NCBI GenBank assembly: GCA_951406725.2
Contig: OX597814.1
Location: 157,418,001-157,482,000 of the forward strand
DNA: 64,000 nucleotides
Source: Octopus vulgaris
Lineage: Eukaryota
Direction: 5' to 3'
The notes under the pieces are model-generated. The model saw nothing but the letters and a program-made list of their open reading frames with translations. It did not search any database and was not told the origin of the DNA. Shown here piece by piece: positions 49,700 through 62,786 of the stretch (the first letter of the stretch is position 1; each line of letters begins with the position of its first letter). Made by a program: the position numbers and the translations under genes.

Positions 49700-52452
49700 A
49701 TAAATAAAAATAAATTTGGTTAATCATTCCTTTTGGGACATAGGTTAAAACTCATCTTAGAAAAGAGATGTTACATATTTAGAGATAATAAAAAATATTA
49801 TAATATTTTTTCTAAAGATAATTTGGCTGTTGGATTTTCTACAACTAATAATGTTGGTAATATTGTTTTTTCATGTAATACTTTTAAATTAAAGAACTTT
49901 TATAAATATAGATTAAATACTAATTTTAATTATAATAATAAAGACCAAGAGTTGATTTCTTGTAGGGATAAGTCTACATGTAAATTGAAAAAATATTGTA
50001 ATTTATATAATGTAGTCTATAGATGTAGGGTAACTCTAATAGATGATCAGAATTTGAATTATCATATTTCAAATACTATTTATATAGGGTCTACTTCGAA
50101 TAAATTAAAAATAGAATTTCCCAACATATGTATTCTTTGAGGAATAAAAATCTTATAAACTCAATAGGTTTCAGTAAATATATTTGGGAACTTAAACTTA
50201 GATCTATTAAAGATAAATTAAATTAGGATATTATTTGCAGGGCTAAATCATATACTAGAGGGAGTAATAGTTGTTCTCTTTGTAATAACGAACTTAGGGA
50301 GATATCATTCCATAACAATTGTAAACTCTTTGGACGAACGTAAAATTAAATGTAAACATAGATTAAAGTAACTTTAAAATAGATTTAAATGATAAATAAA
50401 TAATTATATTATTTTTAAATAAATATCATAGTAATATAAATTATTTTCAAAATAATATATATGTATTTTATTTGATTACTTATTATTCAGACTTTAAATT
50501 TATAGTAAATAGCTATTTAAATTACATGATATTTTATTTTATGTACTTATATATTACATTTAACTTATCTTTAGTATTATTAAACTTTATCTTGTCCTAT
50601 ATGGCATATTTATTTTATTGTAGATATTATTTAATTGTATTAGAGTATTTTTTACTGTTTTATTACAAATCATATTAATATCTTAATAATAATGATGAAT
50701 AATATTTGTTGATGGTGAGTTTGAGATGAGTTTTGGGCTTCATCTGTTGGAGTCTATAGGAAGGGTTAAATGGTATGGGGATAGACGGCTGTGAATTAAT
50801 TTGACGTTAGTTGGTAGTTTGTTGTAGATTGGATGTTGGTAGTGATGGTAATAATTAATAATGATATTAATAATATTAATAATTATGTTTGATCATTGTA
50901 ATATTAATGATAATAATACTTATAATCGCGCATGGCTTGTAGCATCCGGGTAGTGATGATGAACAAGTAATACTTAATATACTATTTTTACTATTACTAT
51001 TTTATTAATTTTATTTGATTCATGAAGTTTAGATAATTCCCGTATTTCCTTAATAAATTTCTTTTAGCCTTTTTCATTAATAATTTTTTTCTCTTTTTCC
51101 ATGCAACGTCTCGACGAGTTTTATTTCTTATAGTCGCTAAGTAATAATCTTTACGTTTATAATCAAGTGATTTTCTCATATAACTTAGCAACGTTATTTT
51201 CTCCTTTTCGTTTGGATTTGTATTTTTTTGGGGTGGGTGGGTTAATGTTTAGCTGGGATTAATTTTGTTATTGATATATTAATAGGTGTCTGTTATTTTT
51301 ATTTGGGTGTCTTCATATTAGTTTCTCCATAAGTTGTGTCTTTCTCAAATTTTTTTACTTCATGAGATTTTAACGTTTTTCGTCTTTTCGTATTTTTCAT
51401 TGATAAAATTTTGCCACGTTCAGTGTGAATTTATTGCATTTCTTTGCACTAAGTCTCCAAGCGATAAATTTTATAAGAGTTTTTTTTTCGTATTTTCCTT
51501 TGATAAAAATTTTGCCACGTTCATTGAGTATTTATTCTATTTCTTTGCACTATGTATCCACGTGATAAATTTATAAACGCTTTAACTATTTCTTTTAAAA
51601 ATCAGTTACTCTTCATTCTTCGCTAAGCTAAGTCTGAGTTTTTATCATTTCTCTATTTCATTTGAATATTGAACCGTTGTGTTTCAAATTATTATTAGTG
51701 TTGATATTATTATTGTTTTGTTGTAATATTATTATTTATTTATAGTTTCTTGATAGTATTTTTTACGTCCGATGTTTAATTGTTATAAAAGATATTACGT
51801 TTTACATATTATTTAATTTGAGAATTAATATTGTTAGGCTATATTTCTTTTAATAATTAGATAATATTTTCATATAATAGTATTATTTTTAAATAAACTA
51901 GTTTTTATTTTAATATAAAGTTTATGTATAACTTTTGTATCCTGTGATATATTAAATCTATAGATATTGTACTGGGATAATAATATAACGAGTTTATATA
52001 ATTGATTTGAGTATATTTGTACCATTTCAAATTTTTGATTGTATTTTTCATGAATGGAATATATTGAGTATATTAATTAGACGCTTATAATATTGATACA
52101 TTTAAAATCTAGATAGATTAACAGAATCGTTGAACTTAGTAATTTAGTTTGCTTATCAATATTAGTTAGATCTTGCTATTATTTTGACTTTGATCGTTGT
52201 TATTATTGTTATTGTTATTGACTGGTTTGGTAGAGGACTGGTGATTGTAATTGTACATCTTCATAGTGTATTGTTCTTTGGTTCTAATATCTTTGCACCT
52301 TTCTTTACTTTTGGGTTGATAGGTTTTCTTACTTTCCATTAACATATTATTCTCGCCATTATATTTTTTAATACATTTTTATATATATTGATAGATATTA
52401 CTTACGATAGATATTTATTATTATATATCTCTCTCTTTGTCTTTTAATATAT

Positions 52453-52504
<52 letters not shown>

Positions 52505-52760
52505 TGGCTTATGTATTTGTATTATATTATTTGTTATTTAGTCAACTTTGTTATAGATTGTTATATTAAATCTATAAATACTACACATGTATATTTATTA
52601 TATGGTTAGCTTATTTAAGGAGTTTGTCTATATTTGGATAATTTCTTATTTTGATTACAATTTAATGACTTGAACTAGCTTTGTGTATTGTATTCAATTT
52701 TAAAGTATTTAATTATTTAAGTATTATTCTACTTTTCACTTATGTATATTTAGGATTTTC

Positions 52761-52808
<48 letters not shown>

Positions 52809-53100
52809 GTATATTTATTAATTAATTATTTTATTGTTCTATTTTATTTTAAACCTGATGAGCGACTATATTTATATCGAAGTGATTTCCCTACTACTAT
52901 AATCATTTCTTAAATATAGCCGCGAAACACGTGTCGTTTTTCCACCTATTATATACGTTTTTATTATTATTTTTGCAATTTACTTAATCTTTACATTTTA
53001 TTGTTATTTTAATTTTAACTTTTCTATTATATGTAATTTTCTAGATGGTGTAATTTAATTGCTCGTTTTGAATTGATAAAATGTGTTTTTTTCTAATTTT
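49700..53100 (+). mobile_element. Degenerate Naiad-type Penelope-like element (GIY-YIG remnant and long AT-rich 3' region with a hammerhead)
   Basis: YYNIFSKDNL..GFSTTNNV, SCRDKSTCKL..YC..YNVVY.C, IYIGSTSN, CSLCNNE; hammerhead at 52851-52939. The boundaries are uncertain. Confidence 0.6.
52851..52939 (+). ncRNA. Type I hammerhead ribozyme
   Basis: AAAC CUGAUGA GCG(a)CUAUAUUUA...UAAAUAUAG(c)CGC GAAA CACGUG UC GUUU. Canonical core, 13-bp stem II with one mismatch, palindromic stem III; cleavage is predicted after 52935. Confidence 0.85.
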
Positions 53101-53190
53101 ATATATATATATATATTATATTGTGTGAAATTTGATTTAATATTTCTTTTTTTCCTTGTAAGTTTGGATTATATTCCCTCAAATAATAAT

Positions 53191-53262
<72 letters not shown>

Positions 53263-53764
53263 AATGTACTCATGATATATCTAATATGAACTAAAACAAT
53301 TCATTGTCACTCAAAATTTAAATTTCTTGCCATTTTGAAAATATAATTCTATTTTTCTTTTAATGTTTCTCTGATTTCTACACTCTACTTTTGGGGAAAA
53401 TATCGAATCACTCAATTGATTTCATTTATATTGTCATTTATTGTCATTGAGTTACAAAAAAAAAATGACTTTGCCAGTTAAAAATTACTTAAGTAATGAT
53501 TTATTTTAGATTTTGTTCTGTTTGAAACTAAGAAAATATTTTGTTATAAATCGTGTTGTTATAAATAGAAAGAGAATTTATCGAATGTAATTTCTTTTGA
53601 ATCAATCTTTTCGTATTATGGAACATATTTCGGACTACACACTTTTTAATATTAATAACGACAATAGTATCATGTCGAGTTAGAGTATTGAGTTGCCTTA
53701 TTACAGATACATTACTGACAATATGATTATAGTCTCAATGAAATAATCCATGTTTGAATTTTAT

Positions 53765-54064
53765 GGAGACACATGGCCTAGTGGTTAGAGCAGCGGACTT
53801 GCGGTCGAGGGATCGCAGGTTCGAATCTCAGGCCGGGCGATGTGTGTGTTTATGAGCGAAATTCCTAATTTCCACCTGTCTCCGGCAGAAGGTAATGGCG
53901 AACTTCTGCTGACTCTTTCGCCATAACTTTCTCTCACTCTTTCCTCTCGCAGCTCACTCACTCACGACGGATCGGCGTCCCGTCCACGCAGGGAACCTAT
54001 ACGCCAAGGAAAACGGGAAACCGGCCCTTATGAGCAAGGCGTGGCTCGACAAGGAACAAACAAC
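53765..54064 (+). mobile_element. tRNA-derived SINE
   Basis: A box tggcctagtgg, B box ggttcgaatct, ~300-bp body ending in a caaacaac tail. Confidence 0.8.
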
Positions 54065-54703
54065 ACCCATTGAATTTTGATTTTGGTTTTAATCAACACG
54101 ATATCAATTCTTACAGGAGAATGCTAGAGTCGATTAAATTGATCAGCGAATTCATCGCAGTCATTCTTTTAAATTTCAATAATATGAAAGGTTAAGTCTG
54201 TTTAGTTTTGAATTTAGATGCAAACAGAAGAAATAGATAATTTACTTGTTATATTAGCCAGCATCAGCAAATAATTAGCTGTTCATTTCATTTTATATAT
54301 GAAAAACATGAAAACCTGGTGTACGTTGAAATATTTCGTTACCGTTGCTGAAATTTTCTTCCCGGCATGATCGGGGAAGAGATTTCAGTATCTATTTTAC
54401 AGACGTATATAACAAATCAACTTAAATTACTATATACGCTAGTTTATGTGGTTCATTTTGCCAAAATTCAGAATATTTCGCTATTTTTCACGTAGCCTAA
54501 AAACACTGCGCACACAAGCGGATCACATGTGGATTCTAAGTGTGCAGCGACATAGTGAGTAAATGTATGTACACTGAGTGATCGTTCATCTTACAAGAGA
54601 CGGTAGTCAACTGTTTCTCGAAATGTAGTATATAGTCAAGTATACGCCATGTAAACACAAATAAGACAGGATGTCATGAGTGATTCGGGCTAAATATTAA
54701 CAA

Positions 54704-54842
<139 letters not shown>

Positions 54843-54938
54843 AGAACACTATAATGCTCAAACATGCACCGAATCATATCAAATCTGTGCGAGACGATTA
54901 TTTATTAATCAATATTTTTATTCTCTGTTTGTTTTCAG

Positions 54939-55177
54939 CTGCGATGCAACAACACACTTTTCTTATGGGATTATGCAAAGATCTTAGCAAGAACGTCTTT
55001 GTATGGCAGGATGGAGAAGCACTTACATATTCTCCTTGGATTCCTTCACAACCATCGAATAGTGGTGGGAATGAAAACTGCGGTAACTTTATTCCATCCC
55101 TTAATTACGGATGGAATGATATTGTTTGCAACTTCCAGAACGGTGGGAGACAAATATGCGAGATAGTTGTTCGATAA
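54939..55177 (+). CDS. Terminal exon encoding the C-terminal half of a C-type lectin domain
   Basis: Acceptor ttctctgtttgttttcag (phase 1, compatible with exon 1); FLMGL...FVWQDGEALTYSPW...QPSNSGGNENC...WNDIVC...ICE, then TAA. Confidence 0.85.
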
Positions 55178-55253
55178 GTGTGTGGTAAAACGAAACGTAA
55201 TTTCACACACACGCACGCACACATACACGCACGCACACATACACGCGCCCACC

Positions 55254-55320
<67 letters not shown>

Positions 55321-56069
55321 TATATATAAATGCCGCATGCTAGGAGAGATTACCATAGTAAACACATTGTACCGAACGCCGCGTTCGGTACAATGTGTTT
55401 ATTATGGTAGCTTTGACTTTAAGAATACCTCCTAGTGTGAGTCATTTATGTATAGTAATGCCCTTAATATAAATAAATATATTTAAAGGGAATAATTAAT
55501 AATATTTTCCCTTATGAAGTTTTTCTTATATATAAATTCTTATAAAGATTTTATCCTTTTTAAAATTTATATTTATATTTCGATAGGAGAATGAACTATC
55601 CTATGTTTATCGTCAATATGGAAAATTCGATAAACCGATACCAGTGTAGCAAATTCACGTTAGAAACACGGTTGAAGCGACCTGTCCAAATGTAGAAACT
55701 CCGGGTTCATGTACAGAAATTTGAGTGTTATATATGAATAAATCAATGAATGGAGTTGAACGAAGATGTTAACAAAATCCGTAGCACCTAGAAGAGATTT
55801 TGCTTCGAAGAATATCGTTTCAGGCATTTTGTCACAATCCGTGCTGACTCACAGTGTATTTTTAGTTCTATTACTAAAATGGTTCTCTGCTTCGAACCAG
55901 AAAATCTGATGTGTCACCGATAATGTTAAGAGCAGCAATACACGTGAAACCAACGGTAACTTTCCTACCAGTCATAACAAACGACTACACTAAATATAAT
56001 TCCTCAAATCACTTTCAGAGTGTGCCTATTAGCAATAATGAACAAGTAACTCTTTATATATATATATAG

Positions 56070-56332
56070 TATATAAATAAAAGAGGCAGGCAACAGGTTG
56101 CTTAGCCACATACCGAAAAAATTAGAAATACCAGTCAAAGACTGTTTATTTCTATTTTCTACAAATGACTTGTTTTCGTTATATCTTCCTTGTTTTGCAT
56201 ATGTTAATTACAGGGATATGTCGTATGTGGAGTCTCATTTGTAGAAAATAGAAATAAACAGTCTTTGACTGCTATTTCTAATTTTTCGGTATGTGGCTAA
56301 GAAACATGTTGCCTGCCTCTTTTATTTATATA
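56070..56332. repeat. ~100-bp inverted repeat (MITE/foldback-like) in (TA)n
   Basis: 56070-56168 is the reverse complement of 56235-56332 with few mismatches and a ~65-bp spacer. Confidence 0.9.
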
Positions 56333-56457
56333 CGATATATATATTGAACTTTTATAGAAGTCCCTACCGTTAATGGTTATATTTACATACCGAAATCTAC
56401 CAGAAAATAATTGTTGATTTAAAAAAAAAAACATTAAAGATATTATTTACTCGTATT

Positions 56458-56499
<42 letters not shown>

Positions 56500-56507
<8 letters not shown>

Positions 56508-57850
56508 GGAGGTCTCGTACAGAGCCAATGCGAAATAATAAAAAGTAGAGGAAAATGAAAACGCAAATCCTAGGCTGTCAACCGAATTCCCGAATGCATA
56601 AATGGTGATATTCAATCAATGTAATTGAATCATATATATTTATACACATCATCATAAATCATGCATGTGTAGGCGTAAAGATTTTCCAAAGGTTTAAAGA
56701 ATAAAACCAATCATAAAAATATAGGAGAGATATAAAAGCATATAAAAATATATTAAATATTAAAGATAAAATCACATATAAATGAAGATTACATGTAAAA
56801 TGTTATGCGTAATAAAAGTTGGGGGCACAATGCAGATGAGAGATTGATAAATATAGGAATAAAAATGTCAATTTTCAAAGTGACAGACCGCCTAAAGCGT
56901 CTAAAATTTCTAATACATCTAAAATACGAGATAAAAGTGACACAAGATATCAAGGTTAATAACAGTAAATAAAAAGGATCCGAAAAATAGGAGGGTGTTC
57001 ATGCATGATTTATGAGGATGTGTATAAATATATATGATTTAAATACATTATCTGCTTCTTTTAGTGTCTTATTGTATTTATATTTATTTTTATTGAATAA
57101 GTCCTCATTAGAAGAGAAATTATATTACTAATGCTTTTTATAAGAGCCTTTTTTATAGATTATGAATGATTACTTTGATAGTTTATATATTTTATGTTAG
57201 AGTTAGTTTTCATGTATGGTTCATGTAATCCTGTATTTATATCACAGTTAACATCTAGGTAGTTGATAGAATAGTTTTCATTCTCTGTAGTGATAGAAAA
57301 GCCGAATCTGTTGAAAAATTTGTACAGGCGTTTTTTAAGCAGTTCTAGAAGAGTCCCCCACCAAATTCTTGGAATTCTTTATTAATGTTGTCTGATATAT
57401 TCTCACAAGGTCAGTCACTTCCACTGAGTCTGGGAATCCCATTGTTATATCAAAGAAATTTGATGTGTCCTTTCTTGCCCAAAATTTGTTATCAAATTCA
57501 ATAGTAGATTTTCGGGCCGTGAGGATTACATTGATTTCTTTCATATTGATCTTAGTATAGTTCTTAGCAAAAATGAGAGCACTATTTAAACTATTAGGGT
57601 TTATGGAGGAGTAGTAATTTTGAATGTCAATTGGCAGAAGTTTTTGTTGATCCTTATGCTTTATATTAGAGAAACAAGTTGTTGCATTTTGGGCATTAGT
57701 CCATAACTCAAGTTTAATCTTTTTCTAAGGGAAGGTATGTACTTATCCAAAATAGCTTTACAAAGATTTCCTAAGTCTGATTTATTGGAGCAAATGAATA
57801 TGACTTGAGTGTTACTTAAGTAGTTATCCTTATGGTCCTTAATTGTTTAT
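56500..57850 (-). mobile_element. Degenerate Naiad-type Penelope-like RT remnant
   Basis: FFDITMGFPDSVEVTDLV resembles the PLE FDVTMG.FDGAE..ELVG motif; a short inverted repeat links about 56620-56666 and 57000-57048. Confidence 0.6.
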
Positions 57851-57991
57851 CTTTGTCATTGCTTGTAACCTTTGAGCATAATATGCTTGCATATGTATGC
57901 TCAGGATTAACATAAGTAATTATACCGGTAGTAAAACGGATATTTATATCCCTTAGACGGTTAATCCAATCTCAAACTCTACTAACTATAC

Positions 57992-58030
<39 letters not shown>

Positions 58031-58243
58031 GGCACAAGGTATGTGGGTTTAGGTCACATGTGATCTAAACGATTAGGTACGCTAGATAAGTGCTGTAAAG
58101 CATTACTAGGGCTCCAAGGTTGTAACCGAGGCGGTAGTTATGGAGTTATTGCAGATTTCCGATATGGGAAATATATATAATTGTTAAAGAGGACAACAAA
58201 CGTTAAGAGGAGGCAAACATTATTATTATTGGAAAAATGCAAA

Positions 58244-58299
58244 GTCTTACAGCTGTTTCTAGGATATCCCAGAGTGTGGAATATTCCGTAATCAGAGAC
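58244..58299 (-). ncRNA. Degenerate type I hammerhead in the pLTR of the minus-strand Naiad-type element
   Basis: GUCU CUGAUUA ...GGAAUAUUCC/GGGAUAUCC... GAAA CAGCUG UA AGAC; G8 is mutated to U. Confidence 0.6.
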
Positions 58300-58302
58300 A
58301 AA

Positions 58303-59833
58303 TAGGGAAAGTGAAGAGGGTATAGATTAATGAAATGACAATATAGATGGCAATAGTAAAGGAATAAGGAGATAAAGAGAGAAAAGAAAAAACAAACAAA
58401 AAGGTTCACAGCTCAACTTTCCGATATTGTAGAAATAACTGCATAAGTCTTTAGGTGCAATTCTACGTAGATCTAAGTTGGTTAAAGTCCTGATATTGTA
58501 AACATCCAGAAAAGACGCGAACATATCAACGTTCAATAACAGAATGTTAGCGTAGATTGTTATAAGTGGTAATAGAATAGACAAGTAAATGAATAGAAAG
58601 AGAGGTAGATAGAGTGAGGGGTTGTTAAGGATTGGCTTTAGGATGAAGTCAGGCATATAAGTATATAGTGTCTAAGAATATAGTGTGCAAGGATACTCGA
58701 GAAGATAAGAGAGAGGATGAGGAAGTAGAGGAAGATAACGTAAAAAATTAAACAAAATAGAGCAATGAAAGAAATTTAAAAAGAGTAGTAGGTGTCAGTG
58801 GTATTCTTCTAGCCTATAGGAGTTGGATCGAAAATCTAGTAGTAAATGCTTGTGTCTGCTCTGGCTAAAATCAGTGGCTTTAGAGTTATTTTTAACAATA
58901 GGGTTATAGGTGTGTAGGCAGTCGAGAATGAAGGAACTAATTGAATGTTAAATTATATAGGAGGAGGAGTTAGAATGAAATATTAGGGGATTTATTAGGT
59001 TAAGGTTTAAAAGTAAATTAAAGATGAATTAAAGAATATTTATCTCATAAAGTGATAAGGTAAGGTAGATAGAAGAGATATAAGAGATAAGGTAAATAGA
59101 AGAGATATAGAGATATAGGAGAGATAGAAACGATATAGAGAGGTATGTGTTAATGATCACCGGAGTTTGTATGTGAGTGTTATTCGTGGGAGGTGAACTT
59201 ACATTTAGATTTATGAAAAAATTTAAAAGCGCGAAAGAATTTATGCTTACACCTAGCGAAGGCTTCGTTGTGTTTATTAAGCAATTGTGGTGAGTTACAG
59301 GTTAACATTTTGAGGGCTTCTTTTAAGCACAGTCCACGAATGAAGTGTTGGTCCTGATACGGGATATCCGAGTCTATTATTGCCCAGGAAAGTTTATATT
59401 GTATTTTTCTATTAATTAGATGGTGTACGTAGCTGGCTAGTGATATGGATTTGTTATTCCCTTTATATCTAAACGAGGTTAAATGTGGATATCTTTGTTT
59501 AAAAAATGTAGTAGATCCACTGTAGTAACTATAGAAGTTATTTTCTATGTTGCGAACTGTGCATTAGTATACGACGTTGAATCTTCTGCATTGGGCTTGC
59601 AGCGGGCAGTCTCGCCCGGATCTGCAATTGCAGCTGTCAATTCTACGATAGTTAATTGGGGATAGAGATGAAGTAGTGCTGGTAGTAGCTAGCGTAATAT
59701 TAGGTGAATTGATCGTAATATTGCTGTTATTATTGCTGTCATTTCTACTATTAATATCAACACAAGCGTTACTATTATTATTATTATCGTCTCTACCGTT
59801 ATCAGCATCGTTGTTATAATTATTATCATTACC

Positions 59834-59884
<51 letters not shown>

Positions 59885-62746
59885 TGTTGTTGTAGCAGCA
59901 GCAGTTGCGGTGCTAGTATCATTGGTAGTAGTGTTAGTATTAGCAGTGGTAGAGGAAGTGGTATTAGTTATGTTATTATTGCAACTATTAGTAGTAGCGT
60001 TTGTGGTTGGAGTGTTAGTAGTAGTATTATTTTCAGTAATAGTAATTTTGCCGTTGGTGCTAGTATTAATATTATTGCTAGTCCTATTAGTAGTTGAAGT
60101 ATATGTATTATTAGTTGTAGTGGTTATAATGTAGTTAGTATTGTTAGTATCAGCGTGCCTGTTAATGTTTTCCTCAGTTTCAGCTGTGCGCCCATTACTC
60201 TCCGAGGAGGGGACTATATTGTGTCTGCTTAAGTTGTTTAAAGTAGTCGAGCCAGGGGCATTAGATATGTAATTGCGATCGGTGTTAGTGTTTTCATTGT
60301 GTAGGTCTATGGTATGCATTTAAATTGTAAGAGCTAGGTTTACGTTTGTTAGATGAGGTGATAATTGATTCTATATTTGGTGTAGATAAATAATTTCAAA
60401 GTGGATCTGTTAAAGATAGAATAGTACTTATGGTTACGTGGGCAATTAGATTCTACTATTTTAAAGAATGCTTTAGCGGGCCCTTAACATTTCAAGCCAA
60501 TGGAGACTAGATCTCCCGCCACTTTTATTAGGTACGTTTGAGGAGGTGTAATTCCCAGTAAATGTTAGAGGAGAGTTGGTAAGTCTAGTATTAGTATTTA
60601 AAGAAAACTATTTGATTAAATATTCTACTTTATTTCTTTTTTTCTTTCATCTTTCTTTCTGTTTTTATTCTATTTTTTCGTCTTTTTCTTTCCCCCTGTT
60701 ACAAAATTAAACTTAAAGACGGATGATGTCATTCCATCATACGCTGGTTGCTTTCCTTCATACATTAAATTTTAATTTCTATAATTTTGAAATTTGAACT
60801 CGACAAAGATAGGCTAAATTTCATTCAACCAATAAACTATCTATCACAATCCAATCGGGCTCTTCGTCTTAACTGTTTACCTTTGTGAAGAGTTACATAA
60901 ATTCTTTTAATATATCAAAATCGAGTAGATTGAGATGACCGATTTTATGGTACACAGAATAACAATTGGAACATGGAAATTCTGGAGGTTACCAAAGCAG
61001 CCGGATGTCTAAGGAAAATCGTAATGTAAATTATAGTTTTTGTGTTTTATTCCTTCTTACAGTTAGCTTGTCAGCCCTGTTACTTTCGCTAGACCCCAGT
61101 ATTGAGCCCAATCCTGGGCCAATGGATTTTGTGCCATTTAAATACGAATCAGAAATTGAGAAATTGGCATTTATATCAGGGCAAAACTTTATTGTTTTCG
61201 TGCTGAAATCAAAAGCCATTTATCATTTCTAGAAACACGCAAACAATATAAAGTTATACTGGAATGTCTTACATCAAATAAACCAATGTGTGCATCAAAG
61301 ACTGGCGATTCATTGCTTCGAAAGCTTAAATTAATTGGTGAGAGCAATTCATTTAACATAATGGAAGCAATTATTGAAAACTATCGTTCAAAATTAATAT
61401 TGCTGGGTGTAGACATTAAAGCTAACAACGGGGGGGGAGGCGTTATCGAAATTATGGACAGAAGTGAGTATATTTCGCTTAGAAGAATTTTTAAATGACA
61501 AAACTTCATCTGAAGAATTACCTGTCGATCCAAACCCCAATTACAGAGACGAACTTGACAAAATAATTCTGGAAATGGAAGAAAACAATTTCATTAATAA
61601 GGTCAAATCAAGGAGTTTACAGTCAGAAAGAAGAACACCTGTATTTTATTGTCTCCTTACAGTACACAAAAAATTCGAAAGAATTCCTTTCATGCGCCCA
61701 ATTTGCAGCGGATATGAATGATAACAGAAATGTTGATTTATACAGAAGGAGGAACATGTAAAGATTTCCATTTGGTGTACGCGGCAGAATGCACGAAACA
61801 CAACTTGATTTATGTTTGTTGTACAACAGAACAATTAAACAAAAGTTTTAATGTGCACAGATATGACGTCAGACACAATAACAGTAGTTCAAGAGAACTC
61901 GCTGAACATTTTGCTTCAAACGGCTGCAATTTTGAAAAAGACTTGAAATTACATATTCTCAGAAAATATTTTGAATCTGATTCATTTTCTCTTCTCAAAA
62001 TGCATGGGGAGAAATATGTTTGCGGATTATTAACATCAGGCCCTGGAGGAATGAACAAAGTGACACGAGAATATCATCAAATTTATTCAAAACAGTTTGA
62101 TTAAATATTTTTTCTTTCCTCATTTTTTTTCAGTTCTTTTCTGGCTTTTTCTTTTCGCTTGTTATAAAATTGAAACTTAAAAACTGATGAGGTCATTTCA
62201 TCAACATGTGGACGCTGGTTGCTCTCGTTCATACATTAAATTTAAATTTCAATAATTTTGAATTTTTATCACTTCTTACTTTGAACTCGACAAATACAGG
62301 TTTACTGTCGAAATATCGTTCAACCAATAAACTATCTATTACAATCGAATCGCGCTTTTCGTCTTGACTGTTTACCTTTGTGAAGAGTTACGTCAATCCA
62401 TTTGAAAGATTATTATTATTATCATTTTTATTATTATTATTGACATACAAATAAAAGTAATAATGTTAACGCATGCGCGCGCACACATATACATACGCAC
62501 ATAATAAACATGTCTATATATACTGAGTATTCCAGACGCATCTTAATATTATCCTTGTATTGTCCTTTGTACACTCTGATGATCCTTCATACAAGGTACT
62601 TAAAAAGCGAAATTATATATTTATGCATGTTTTGTAATTTTAATTTTGTTTCTGAAATGAAACGACTGTAGGTGAATATGTTAATTAATCAATAAATTTA
62701 TTTGTATCCATTAGATCTCTCAGTTTTCTAACTCGATAAAAATATT

Positions 62747-62786
<40 letters not shown>

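Noticed and set aside
53765-53840. tRNA gene
   Set aside because: It has A and B boxes but no proper acceptor stem and continues into a SINE body.
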